Origin: Candidatus Moraniibacteriota bacterium
GTDB lineage: Bacteria; Patescibacteriota; Minisyncoccia; Moranbacterales; GCA-2747515
NCBI GenBank assembly: GCA_046116545.1
Contig: CP175956.1
Span: 705,734 to 769,733 of the forward strand
Length of the DNA: 64,000 nucleotides
Direction of reading: 5' to 3'
Made by a program: the position numbers and the translations under genes. This document shows positions 9,153 to 18,855 of the stretch, piece by piece. Below the pieces are notes generated by a model. That model searched no databases, was not told the origin of the DNA, and saw only the letters and a list, made by a program, of their open reading frames with translations. Numbering within the stretch: position 1 is the stretch's first letter; every line of letters starts with the position of its first letter.

Positions 9153-9527
9153 TTATTTTAATCCCAATCGTTTCTTGGCAATTTTGTATTGTTTTGAATT
9201 TAATTGTCCGTTGGCTCGCATCTCTTCTATTTGCTTAGCCATTTCCTCTTTACTTTCACCATCAGCTCCACCTTGTTTTGCAAATGCTTGTGCAAATACT
9301 TCTTGTCGTTTCTCAGGTGACATTTTTTTAAGTCCTTTAAGTGCCATCTTTTGCATTCGTCCCATTTTGGGCATTCCTGGCATATCTCCAGCAAGCATTT
9401 GGTCTATCATTTCATCTGTGATTTCAGGCATTTGACCACCAAGCATTTCTTCAGCTTGTTTTTTTGCAACTGCTGGTTCAATTTCTTTTTTCTTTTCTTT
9501 CTTTTTGAACATGTCCTTAAATCCCAT
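9153..9527 (-). CDS. hypothetical Met/Lys-rich protein
   Basis: 124 aa with a GDMPGMPKMGRMQKM segment reminiscent of the Ffh M-domain tail. Last gene of the secD-secF string. Confidence 0.4.
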   Translation of the reverse strand: MGFKDMFKKKEKKKEIEPAVAKKQAEEMLGGQMPEITDEMIDQMLAGDMPGMPKMGRMQKMALKGLKKMSPEKRQEVFAQAFAKQGGADGESKEEMAKQIEEMRANGQLNSKQYKIAKKRLGLK

Positions 9528-9553
9528 ATTTCTATTATTTTAAATATTATTAC

Positions 9554-10477
9554 TTATTCATCATTTCCTTGTGCATTTTTTTGCACATTATAAATTGATA
9601 CAACTAAAGCTGTTGCTATAAACATTGATGAATATGTACCAATTAATACACCTATCAACAACGCCAATGAGAAATTAAACAATGAATCTCCTCCAAATAA
9701 AATTATCGGGAGTAATACCAAAACAACTGTAAATGAAGTATTAAATGACCTCGCAAGTGATTCGTTCAATGATTTATTTACTAATCCTTCAAAGTCAGTA
9801 ATTGACCTAGTCCTAAGAACATTTTCGCGAATTCTATCATAAACAACAATTGTATCATTTACACTATAACCAAGTATTGTCAAAAGTGCTGCTACAAACG
9901 GAACACCCACTTCTATATCAAAAAAATATCCAAGTGTTGCAAATATACCTAATGTAATAATTATATCGTGCGAAAGTGCAGTTACAGCACCTATCCCATA
10001 ATACCAAGATGATACTGGTACAGATACCTTACGAAATGCCCATGCAATATAAAGTAATATTGCGATGGTTGCAAATATAATTGCCTTTATCGCATTTGCT
10101 TTTAATTGTTTTGAAACAGTTGCTCCTATAAAATCAGCCTTTAATTGAATGCTTCCTTCATCAATTTCAGTCACTGCAACAATCACCTTTTGATTAAATT
10201 CTTCATCTGATTGTTTATATCTGATAATAATACTCTTTCCGTGATCTCCTTCACTTCCTGAAACTACAAAGCTATCATCACAATCTGCATCAATTTTTTC
10301 ACATATTGCATCACGTGTAATTTCTTTATCAGCACTCACAGAAAACTCCATAAGCGTACCACCTACAAAATCAATACCCGGCTTAATGCCCCACATAGCA
10401 ATTGCAAATACACTAAGTCCAACTAAAACAGCTGACAAAACATATGTATATTTTCTTTTTCCTATAATATTTAACAT
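9554..10477 (-). CDS. secF: protein-export membrane protein SecF
   Basis: Typical SecF N-terminus and periplasmic loop, then 5 TM helices. Immediately downstream of secD. Confidence 0.85.
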   Translation of the reverse strand: MLNIIGKRKYTYVLSAVLVGLSVFAIAMWGIKPGIDFVGGTLMEFSVSADKEITRDAICEKIDADCDDSFVVSGSEGDHGKSIIIRYKQSDEEFNQKVIVAVTEIDEGSIQLKADFIGATVSKQLKANAIKAIIFATIAILLYIAWAFRKVSVPVSSWYYGIGAVTALSHDIIITLGIFATLGYFFDIEVGVPFVAALLTILGYSVNDTIVVYDRIRENVLRTRSITDFEGLVNKSLNESLARSFNTSFTVVLVLLPIILFGGDSLFNFSLALLIGVLIGTYSSMFIATALVVSIYNVQKNAQGNDE

Positions 10478-10480
10478 AAT

Positions 10481-12184
10481 CTATTTTTTATTCTGATTTA
10501 GTTTTTCCTTAACATTAGGCATTATTAACCATTGTCTCTTTTCTAACCATTCTCCAGCTACATATTTCATGATAATCTTTACAATTACAATTGCTGTAAA
10601 CATTGACACTAGCACACCGATTATCAAGATAAGTGCGAAACCTTTTACAAAACCAGTTCCCATGGCCATTAGTATCAATGAAGTAATAATTGTTGATAAA
10701 TTACCATCTCGTATAGATGGCCATGCTCGACGAAAGCCTTCATCAACTGCCCTTTTGATATTCTTACCCATTCTTAGCTCTTCTTTAATTCTTTCAAAAA
10801 TAAGTACATTTGCATCCACTGCCATACCTACAGAAAGTACAAGCCCTGCTATCCCAGCCAAAGTCAACGTAATTGACATGGGAGTAAGGCCTGAGAGTTT
10901 AAATATTGAAATAAGTGTTGCCGCATAAATACCTAGAGCCACCGAAGCAATAATCCCAAAGAATCTGTAATACAAAATCATATAGATCATAACCAAGACT
11001 AACCCTAACAAACCAGCTCGCATACCTTTTTGCAACGCTTCTGCTCCAAGAGTCGCTTCAATGCTTTGTTGAGATACTAGCTCAAAGGGCACTGGCATAG
11101 CACCCTCATTCAAACTTCTAGCCAGCTCTTTTGCTTCTTCTATTTCGAAATTTCCTGAAATAACAGCAGTTCCATCAACTATCTCAGCCTGTACAGTAGG
11201 CGCACTAACAACCTGATTGTCAACATAGATTGCTACTGTTTTACCAAGATTTCTCTTTGTAATGTCAGCAAACATCTTTGCACCATCTGAATTAAAAGAC
11301 AATGTAACTTGTGGTTCAGATGCTCCAACTCCATTGCTATACCCAGCCATTGCATTATCTAAAAATTCCCCAGTTAAATCAGTGTTTTTATAAGGATCTG
11401 CAGGCACAGTCATTTTTGCAAACAAAATGTGTTGACCTTTTACTTCTCTGTCATCACCCTCACCCCGAGATTCTAATTTCTTTATAATATGCCAACCAAA
11501 ATCAGTCTCAACTAATTCTTGATTAGTATCACCATCATTCATGTCCTCATTAAACAACACATCATCAAATTCTGGTACATATTGACCTCTTTTTACAAAT
11601 TCAAGCTCACCGCCATTTTCTGCACTTCCTGGGTCCTTACTAAATTCTTTTGCTAACTCAGAAAAATCTTCACCATTTTTTATTCTTTCCAATACAGCAT
11701 CAGCTTCTTCTTTGTTCTCTTCATTCATTGGCGCAAGCATTTCCTCCATTTGTTTTTTATCATTTTCAACCTCTTCCTCAGTCTTTTCTTCTTTAAATTG
11801 CAAAATAGGTGCTTTTTGTATCACATTTTTAACATCCTCAGCATTTTCAACACCAGGGATCTCTACAGTCATAAACGTATCACTACCTCGCTCTGCCAAC
11901 CATACAATAGGCTCTCCTACACCATATGCATTAATTTTTCGCTCTGCTGCTGCTTGTACAGCGTCCTTTGCAGCATCTTTTTGATCATTTGGCGTATTTG
12001 ACAAATCTAACAAATACTCAAGATGTAACCCACCTTGCAAATCAAGTCCTAAATTAATTGCTACTTTATCAAACTTACTTTGAATATTTTCTGGCATATA
12101 CTGAACAAATGGCAATGCTATAATTGCCATAATAAGAGTAAACACCACTACATATATAAACTTTCTTCTATTTTTCTTGTACAT
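10481..12184 (-). CDS. secD: protein-export membrane protein SecD with an inserted parvulin-type PPIase domain
   Basis: SecD hallmarks (DLQGGLHLEY; P1-head segment TVAIYVDNQVVSAPTVQAEIVDGTAVISG; 6 C-terminal TM helices). A PpiC/parvulin signature (FSELAKEFSKDPGSAENGGELEFVKRGQYVPEFDDVLF...FGWHIIKK) is inserted at residues ~150-245. Confidence 0.85.
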   Translation of the reverse strand: MYKKNRRKFIYVVVFTLIMAIIALPFVQYMPENIQSKFDKVAINLGLDLQGGLHLEYLLDLSNTPNDQKDAAKDAVQAAAERKINAYGVGEPIVWLAERGSDTFMTVEIPGVENAEDVKNVIQKAPILQFKEEKTEEEVENDKKQMEEMLAPMNEENKEEADAVLERIKNGEDFSELAKEFSKDPGSAENGGELEFVKRGQYVPEFDDVLFNEDMNDGDTNQELVETDFGWHIIKKLESRGEGDDREVKGQHILFAKMTVPADPYKNTDLTGEFLDNAMAGYSNGVGASEPQVTLSFNSDGAKMFADITKRNLGKTVAIYVDNQVVSAPTVQAEIVDGTAVISGNFEIEEAKELARSLNEGAMPVPFELVSQQSIEATLGAEALQKGMRAGLLGLVLVMIYMILYYRFFGIIASVALGIYAATLISIFKLSGLTPMSITLTLAGIAGLVLSVGMAVDANVLIFERIKEELRMGKNIKRAVDEGFRRAWPSIRDGNLSTIITSLILMAMGTGFVKGFALILIIGVLVSMFTAIVIVKIIMKYVAGEWLEKRQWLIMPNVKEKLNQNKK

Positions 12185-12251
12185 AATATAAAAAAATAAC
12201 CGCTACTGAGATTACCAAACCATTGTACTACCCCACCAAATAAAATGCAAA

Positions 12252-12287
12252 TTTAAAAAATAATGCCAGCATATAATATGCTGGCAT
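12252..12287 (-). terminator. intrinsic terminator
   Basis: gccagcatataatatgctggc: 10-bp stem, T-run on the minus strand. Confidence 0.55.
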
Positions 12288-12313
12288 CTAGCTTCATTTT
12301 TTTATAACACTTT

Positions 12314-12907
12314 TTATTTTACTAAATTTTGCATCATAGCTGATATATCTTGAAATTGTATGTCTGAGGGTATTTCGAACTTCTTTTCATCAAGCTTCCA
12401 AGACTTGCATACAAATTTTATATCTTCATTATTATAAAAATCTGCACCTGTAGGACTTGTATCATTTTGCACTACCGGCATTTTATTAGCCATTGCCTCC
12501 ATATCTGACATATTAGATTTTACACCATGATTTGAAGCACTACTCCACACATACATAAATTCCCTATTAATTATAGCCGTACTATCCATAATACCTACTT
12601 TGCCCTCTATACGTGCCTCACCTGTTGGAGATGCATACAGCACATATTGTGCCTTTCCATCATCACTCGCATAACTACATTTTGCTGTTTTTCCAGCATC
12701 CATCAACTCTTTTAAACTACCGTTAAAACTCTTTTCTGCAACTTTAGCAATTTCTTGTGGCTTGTTTTCTTGCACTTTTTTATCCTGTACTACAGATTCA
12801 ACATTTTTTACACTGTTTTTCTCCTTGCTTAAGCCTTGCATACCATTACAACCACTTAATACAAAAAAAACACTTGCCATAGTTAGGATTCCTAATTGCT
12901 TCTTCAT
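12314..12907 (-). CDS. lipoprotein (hypothetical)
   Basis: Signal peptide with lipobox LSGC. Confidence 0.6.
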   Translation of the reverse strand: MKKQLGILTMASVFFVLSGCNGMQGLSKEKNSVKNVESVVQDKKVQENKPQEIAKVAEKSFNGSLKELMDAGKTAKCSYASDDGKAQYVLYASPTGEARIEGKVGIMDSTAIINREFMYVWSSASNHGVKSNMSDMEAMANKMPVVQNDTSPTGADFYNNEDIKFVCKSWKLDEKKFEIPSDIQFQDISAMMQNLVK

Positions 12908-12913
12908 AATTTT

Positions 12914-13423
12914 TTATTTAATAACTTTATTATCTTCCAATTCTTTATTTGCCTCTATTAAAATATTTCTTGCATTTTTAAATGTTAGTTTATTCAACCC
13001 GTCTTCAAATTTTAACCATTGAAATTTTTGATGTTCATGTGAAATTACCACATCTTCATCCATAGCTTCTACTAAATAAAAAATTGCTTTTTTATAAATA
13101 TAAATACAACTTTTATCTTTTTTTCGATCAATTAGCTCTTGTCCACGAGCTTTGTATGAAAATTTCATATATTCACGAAAACTATTTATCACTCTAACAT
13201 GTGAAATCCCAGTCTCTTCTTCTATTTCTCTTTTCATTGTTTCTTGCTCGCTTTCATTGTCTTCAACTTTCCCACGAGGAAACTCCCAATGTCCATTACG
13301 ATATTTCATTAATAGAAATTCAATTTTTCCATGTGTAATACGAAAAACTATCGCACCAACTGATTTTTCAAATGCGATACAATAAGGAGCTAAAAATTGT
13401 GGAAATTGTCTTCTTTTTATCAT
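12914..13423 (-). CDS. NUDIX hydrolase
   Basis: Canonical Nudix box GKVEDNESEQETMKREIEEETGI. Confidence 0.8.
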   Translation of the reverse strand: MIKRRQFPQFLAPYCIAFEKSVGAIVFRITHGKIEFLLMKYRNGHWEFPRGKVEDNESEQETMKREIEEETGISHVRVINSFREYMKFSYKARGQELIDRKKDKSCIYIYKKAIFYLVEAMDEDVVISHEHQKFQWLKFEDGLNKLTFKNARNILIEANKELEDNKVIK

Positions 13424-13446
13424 AATAATTATTATACCACTTTAAC

Positions 13447-13486
13447 AAAAAAATAAAAACACCAACATTAACTAATGTTGGTGTTT
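13447..13486 (-). terminator. intrinsic terminator (13-bp stem)
   Basis: aacaccaacattaactaatgttggtgtt flanked by an A-run and a T-run. Confidence 0.55.
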
Positions 13487-13500
13487 ATTTTTAAGCGGGC

Positions 13501-13776
13501 TCAATTAAGTCGCATGGAAGCTCCTGGCACACAAAAGTCATCCCTTGCAATATCCCTAATTGGAAGTAATATATCATCTTTTTCTTGACACAATACACAT
13601 TGATGAGTTCTGACATTCTTTGCATTCATGTTAAGTGGTGCAACAATTTTTCTACACGCTATAAATTGTTCCTCACTACACGCACGACAAGGTGTTATCA
13701 GATCATCTGTGCGACAACCTTTCAAAACATTACAAGCACGACATTTGATAAAGATTTTATCTTCATCTGTTTTCAT
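13501..13776 (-). CDS. Cys-rich zinc-ribbon-like small protein (start revised to MKTDEDK)
   Basis: AAAGGAG RBS before the ATG at 13774-13776; multiple CxxC pairs. Confidence 0.45.
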   Translation of the reverse strand: MKTDEDKIFIKCRACNVLKGCRTDDLITPCRACSEEQFIACRKIVAPLNMNAKNVRTHQCVLCQEKDDILLPIRDIARDDFCVPGASMRLN

Positions 13777-13817
13777 TACTTTTCTCCTTTTTTTGTTAAA
13801 AAACTTTTTAACTTCAT

Positions 13818-16466
13818 TTATTTTCCACAACACTTCTTATATTTTTTGCCACTGCCACACGGACAATCATCATTTCTTCCAACTACTTCTTCTTTTTTAA
13901 TTGGCTTTTCAAACTTCGGTACATTTTGCATCATCTGTTGCTTCTCTTGTTCTGCTGCTTCAGCAAATTGTTCTGGATTTTCACTTGCACCAGAAAGCTC
14001 CATAGAACCAGCCATCTGACTCATAGCGCTCTCACCTGGAGTTACAATACTTGCACGAAAAATAGTATGTAATACTGTGTGACGAATATTTGCCACTAAT
14101 TGTGAAAACATATCAAAAGCTTCTTTTTTATACTCAATAAGAGGATCCTGCTGTCCATAACCACGCAACCCAATACCTTGTCGCAAATGATCAATAGCAT
14201 CAAGATGATTCATCCAATGTTGATCTACTGTACGGAGCAGTATGGATTTCTCAATTGCTCGCATAGGCTTATCACCATTTTCTTGTTCTTTTGCACTATA
14301 TGCAACTTTTGACTCCGCAAAAACATATTCTATCACTTCTGATATAATTTCTCGATCATCCTTACTATTATCTGCAATTATCTCTTCTGTTTTTTTAACA
14401 GCATTCTCTGAAAAAGGAAATATCGCTCGAACATCAGCTACTATATTTTTCACTTCCCAACTATGTCTCTCGCCTATTGTATGTGCACCAATCAACTCTT
14501 CCAATTCCTCATGCAATAAATCCAATATCTCAGTCTTCACTTCATCACTCTGCAATGCCATTCGCCTCTTTTCATAAATAACTTCACGTTGTTTATTTAC
14601 AACATCATCATAATCCAAGACATGCTTACGAATATCAAAATTGAATCCTTCTATTTTTGACTGAGCTCCTTCAATTTGTTTTGAAATCATCTTATTTTGA
14701 ATTGGTTGATCTTCTGGGAGACCTAATCTCTCCATAATATTTTTAAGCTTATCACCACCAAAACGAGTCATCAGCTCATCATCAAGTGAAATATAAAATT
14801 GTGTCGTACCAGGATCTCCTTGACGCCCTGAACGCCCTCTCAACTGATCATCGATTCTGCGAGCCTCATGTCTTTCTGTTCCTATTATATATAGTCCACC
14901 AACTTCTTTAACACCTTCTCCCAACTTTATATCAGTTCCACGACCAGCCATGTTTGTTGCAATCGTTACAGAACCTTTTTGTCCAGCATCTGTTATAATT
15001 TGAGCTTCTTTCTCATGAAATTTAGCATTCAATACACTATGTGAAACACCTGCTTTTTCAAGTGCTTTAGACAAAGCCTCTGATTTTTCTATTGCCACAG
15101 TACCCACCAAAACTGGCTGACCTTTTGCGTTCAATTCCTTAATCTTTTCTGCTATAGCATTAAATTTCCCTCTTTCATTTTTATAAACAACATCTGGCAA
15201 ATCATTTCGAATCAAATCTTTATTTGTAGGTATTTCCATCACTTCAAGACCATATACTTTTTGCAACTCTTCTGCACTTGTACTAGCTGTACCAGTCATA
15301 CCAGATAGTTTCTTATACATCCTAAAATAATTTTGAAATGTAATCGTTGCAAGTGTACGAGACTCTCTTTGCACTGTCACTTTTTCTTTTGCTTCAATTG
15401 CTTGATGTAAACCATCACTATACCTACGACCCTCTTGGGCCCGTCCAGTAAATTCATCAATGATAATTACCTCACCATCACGCACCATATAATCCTTATC
15501 AATCTCAAAAAGATATTGTGCTTTCAAAGACTGTTCCAAGTGATGTACGTATTGAATCTTTCCTTGTTCATAAATATTACCGACATTAAGCACATCTTCA
15601 ATTTTTTCAATACCTTTATCTGTAATTGCAACGCTACGTAATTTTTCATCAACTGTAAAATCTTCTTCTTGAACCAATCTTGGTACAATTCCAGCAAACT
15701 GTTGGTATAACTTTGTAGATTCAGAATCAGGTGCAGAAATAATAAGAGGAGTACGAGCTTCATCTATCAAAATCGAGTCAACTTCATCAACAATTGCATA
15801 GTTCGGAGTTCTTTGTGACAATTGTTCTTTTGATTGCGCCATATTATCACGCAAATAGTCAAAACCAAATTCATTATTAGTTCCATATGTAATATCAGCC
15901 GCATAAGCTTCTTTTTTTTCTACAGCATTTAAATTTTCCATTTCAATATCAACTTCGTTATCATCAACATTGTTTGCTTCATATAGAAAACCACCTTCAT
16001 GCGTAATACACGCAGTTTGAAGTCCTAGTTTTTCATATACAACACCCATCCAATTACAGTCACGCTTTGCAAGATAATCATTTACTGTAACAACATGCAC
16101 CCCTTTGCCTGTAAGAGCATTCAAGTAAATTGGCAAAGTTGAAGTCAGTGTTTTACCCTCACCAGTTTTCATCTCAGCGATCTTTCCTTGATGAAGTACA
16201 ACACCACCAATAAGCTGGACATCATAATGACGCTCACCCATAGCTCTATCTGCTGCCTCACGCGTTAGCGCAAATGCTTCCGGTAAAATATCATCAACAG
16301 TTTCTCCATCTTTCAATCGTTTTTGAAAATCTTTTGTTTTTTCTTTTATGTCTTCATCAGATAGTTCCTTCATTTTCGGACCCAGATCATTAATTGCATC
16401 TACAATAGGCTGCATTTTATTAATTTGTTTTTCATTTGAACCAAATAATTTTTGAAAAAGTGACAT
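13818..16466 (-). CDS. secA: preprotein translocase ATPase SecA
   Basis: 882 aa with DEAD-like motor motifs and the C-terminal zinc-binding tail CPCGSGKKYKKCCG. Confidence 0.95.
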   Translation of the reverse strand: MSLFQKLFGSNEKQINKMQPIVDAINDLGPKMKELSDEDIKEKTKDFQKRLKDGETVDDILPEAFALTREAADRAMGERHYDVQLIGGVVLHQGKIAEMKTGEGKTLTSTLPIYLNALTGKGVHVVTVNDYLAKRDCNWMGVVYEKLGLQTACITHEGGFLYEANNVDDNEVDIEMENLNAVEKKEAYAADITYGTNNEFGFDYLRDNMAQSKEQLSQRTPNYAIVDEVDSILIDEARTPLIISAPDSESTKLYQQFAGIVPRLVQEEDFTVDEKLRSVAITDKGIEKIEDVLNVGNIYEQGKIQYVHHLEQSLKAQYLFEIDKDYMVRDGEVIIIDEFTGRAQEGRRYSDGLHQAIEAKEKVTVQRESRTLATITFQNYFRMYKKLSGMTGTASTSAEELQKVYGLEVMEIPTNKDLIRNDLPDVVYKNERGKFNAIAEKIKELNAKGQPVLVGTVAIEKSEALSKALEKAGVSHSVLNAKFHEKEAQIITDAGQKGSVTIATNMAGRGTDIKLGEGVKEVGGLYIIGTERHEARRIDDQLRGRSGRQGDPGTTQFYISLDDELMTRFGGDKLKNIMERLGLPEDQPIQNKMISKQIEGAQSKIEGFNFDIRKHVLDYDDVVNKQREVIYEKRRMALQSDEVKTEILDLLHEELEELIGAHTIGERHSWEVKNIVADVRAIFPFSENAVKKTEEIIADNSKDDREIISEVIEYVFAESKVAYSAKEQENGDKPMRAIEKSILLRTVDQHWMNHLDAIDHLRQGIGLRGYGQQDPLIEYKKEAFDMFSQLVANIRHTVLHTIFRASIVTPGESAMSQMAGSMELSGASENPEQFAEAAEQEKQQMMQNVPKFEKPIKKEEVVGRNDDCPCGSGKKYKKCCGK

Positions 16467-16598
16467 AATTTTTTTGTATAAATAAATATGATCTGTTTTA
16501 AGCTAACAGATTCTTTACTTACAGATTCTATCAAATAACCCTTAAGGAGTCAAAATAAAAAACCAAAAGATGTTATCTTTCGGTTTTATATATTCTTA

Positions 16599-17192
16599 TT
16601 ATAAGAAATGTTTATTGTAATATTCAAAAACATCTTTTGGTAGTTTTTTATACCTCTTTTTTATAATATTTCTTTTTAATTCTATGCTCATCCTGAGACG
16701 ATCATGCTCTACTCTATATCGCACTTCGTTCCTAAGTTTCATAAAATCATTAAAGCCCTCAATGTACATAAGTAAAATATTTTCAAGACTACACGTAAAA
16801 AAAGTACACAAACGTTCTGGAGTTATGTCACCTTTTAAATGCCTGGATAATAACTGAAGTGTGATTAATTTATTACTAGACATGCTCCATAATTGAATTC
16901 TATTCATAAATAAAAGATGAACATCAACATTTTTATCCAGAGATACAAACCATGTTTTGATAACAGAAAATCTTTTTACTACATAATCTGACTTCCTGTT
17001 TAATATAGTTACATTTGCCTCAACAAGAGCCTTTGCATCAAATCCCAATTTGTACAAATTATCAAAACGTACTTCAATCTTATCGCATCCGCATAATGAT
17101 TTCGTATGCTTTGACATTGCTTCAATACTTTTTATTGATAAGCCTGCCTTAACAAGTTCAGCTCTTCGTCTATCAATAACTTCTTGTTTCAT
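16599..17192 (-). CDS. hypothetical protein
   Basis: 197 aa with no recognisable motif. Confidence 0.4.
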   Translation of the reverse strand: MKQEVIDRRRAELVKAGLSIKSIEAMSKHTKSLCGCDKIEVRFDNLYKLGFDAKALVEANVTILNRKSDYVVKRFSVIKTWFVSLDKNVDVHLLFMNRIQLWSMSSNKLITLQLLSRHLKGDITPERLCTFFTCSLENILLMYIEGFNDFMKLRNEVRYRVEHDRLRMSIELKRNIIKKRYKKLPKDVFEYYNKHFL

Positions 17193-17303
17193 TGGTTTAT
17201 TTCCTCCTCTTCAAAAAAGAAATTTAATTTTTAAAATTAACTAAAGCAACTTCACATTATATTGTGAAGTTACCTTTTTGTCAATTCCTATACTATAAAA
17301 ACT

Positions 17304-17507
17304 TTATGCCGTAAACCTATCATCTCCATGAGTATTATCTACTTTTCCACTAGACTTTGCTTGTGCTGTTTGCTTCATCACATCAGAAAATCCTTTTACA
17401 GCTTCTAAAACATCTGTTGGTATCATCCAAATTGTTGTAACAGCACACTTCTCATGCTCTGCCTCTAATTTTTTTGATATTGTTCTTTTTAATTCTTCTG
17501 GAATCAC
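17304..17507 (-). CDS. hypothetical small protein
   Basis: 67 aa, 10 nt downstream of dxr. Confidence 0.3.
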   Translation of the reverse strand: MIPEELKRTISKKLEAEHEKCAVTTIWMIPTDVLEAVKGFSDVMKQTAQAKSSGKVDNTHGDDRFTA

Positions 17508-17516
17508 AATAACAAT

Positions 17517-18668
17517 TTAACAAAATTCTTCAATTTTATTAGTTGACCAATTGATTGCTTTTTCTATATCTTCTAACGTTGGATTTTTCACAACCTCATG
17601 TACATCCATAACATCTTTTATAACTCGTGGTATTTCAAGGTATTCACATTTACCGCTCAAAAATTTTGCAACCATTGCATCATTTGCTGCATTCATAACT
17701 GCTGGCATTGTGCCACCAGATTCCATAGCCTCAAATGCATACCCTAGACATGGAAATCTATCCAAATCAGGTTTTGCAAAGGTATACGATGTATCAAATC
17801 TATGTCTTTTCACAGCCTCTCCCCATCTATCAGGATAACTAAGAGCATACTGGATTGGCAATTTCATATCAGGCTCAGATATCTGTGCAATTATGGAATT
17901 ATCAGAATACTCTATCATAGAATGAATCATGCTCTCAGGATGGATTACAACTTGTATATCTTTTGGCTCTACATCATACAGCCACATAGCCTCAATCACC
18001 TCAAATCCCTTATTCATAAGTGTTGCAGAGTCTATAGTAATCTTCTGTCCCATATTCCATGTCTTATGACCGAGTGCATCTTCTATGGATACATCAGACA
18101 TTTCTTCTTTTGTATAATCCCTGAGAGCTCCACCAGAACAAGTAACTACAAGTGAACGAATTGTTTTTTTATCCTCACCATTCAAACACTGAAATAACGC
18201 ACTGTGTTCAGAATCAATCGGCATAAGCATCACATTATTTTCTCGTGCTTCTCTCATAACAATCTCACCAGCTGCCACGAGAGTTTCTTTATTTGCAATT
18301 GCAACATTTTTCTTCACTCTTATCGCCTCAATAGTAGCTCTTATAATAGTAAGTCCCACAGTTGCAGTTATGAAAGTGTCGTAACCATCCATCACAGCAA
18401 TTTCCTCCAACATCTTCGGACCAGTCAAAACTTTTACATTTGTTTTATTTTCTAACTTTTTTGCCTTTTTCTCATCATGAACTCCCACAATTTCAGGTTT
18501 GAATTCTTCAATCTGTTCCAAAAGTAAATCAATATTATTACCACCAGCAGAAAGTGCAAATACTTTCAATTTATTAGGATATTTTCTAACAACATCTAGT
18601 GTCTGTGTCCCCACAGATCCAGTACTCCCCATAAGTGCTATTTTTTTCATAAACTCATATATTATCAA
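17517..18668 (-). CDS. dxr: 1-deoxy-D-xylulose 5-phosphate reductoisomerase
   Basis: N-terminal GSTGSVG NADPH motif and Dxr-specific C-terminal regions. The true start is probably the internal MKKIALMG at 18650. Confidence 0.9.
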   Translation of the reverse strand: MIIYEFMKKIALMGSTGSVGTQTLDVVRKYPNKLKVFALSAGGNNIDLLLEQIEEFKPEIVGVHDEKKAKKLENKTNVKVLTGPKMLEEIAVMDGYDTFITATVGLTIIRATIEAIRVKKNVAIANKETLVAAGEIVMREARENNVMLMPIDSEHSALFQCLNGEDKKTIRSLVVTCSGGALRDYTKEEMSDVSIEDALGHKTWNMGQKITIDSATLMNKGFEVIEAMWLYDVEPKDIQVVIHPESMIHSMIEYSDNSIIAQISEPDMKLPIQYALSYPDRWGEAVKRHRFDTSYTFAKPDLDRFPCLGYAFEAMESGGTMPAVMNAANDAMVAKFLSGKCEYLEIPRVIKDVMDVHEVVKNPTLEDIEKAINWSTNKIEEFC

Positions 18669-18679
18669 TTAGCTTTAAG

Positions 18680-18800
18680 CACATCCACTCCCCCTTTTTA
18701 AGGGGGAGATGTCCGAAGGACAGAGGGGGTTTTGCAACAATTAAAAATTACATATTCTACAACCACCCCCGGGTCCCCTCCTTTAAAATGAGGGGAGGAT
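18680..18800. promoter_or_regulatory. cluster of GC-rich hairpins in the dxr upstream region
   Basis: Three hairpins: ctccccc-tttttaa-gggggag (18688-18708), gtccgaaggac (18711-18721), and tcccctc-N9-gagggga (18774-18796). Complementary G5/C5 runs are also present. Confidence 0.3.
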
Positions 18801-18855
18801 TTTCTTAATTATTAATTAAAATAAAACTCTCCATAAAAATAGAGAGTTTCAAATA

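Noticed and set aside
9115-9593. Plus-strand ORFs 9115-9435 and 9351-9593
   Set aside because: They are antisense to the Met-rich small gene and to secF's 3' end, with no RBS.
10569-12001. Plus-strand ORFs 10569-10928, 11712-11984 and 11750-12001
   Set aside because: They lie entirely antisense within secD. They are Ser/Ile/Phe low-complexity translations typical of the shadow of an AT-rich gene.
13585-14577. Plus-strand ORFs 13585-14019, 13628-13900 and 14242-14577
   Set aside because: They are antisense to secA and to the Cys-rich small gene, with no RBS or motifs.
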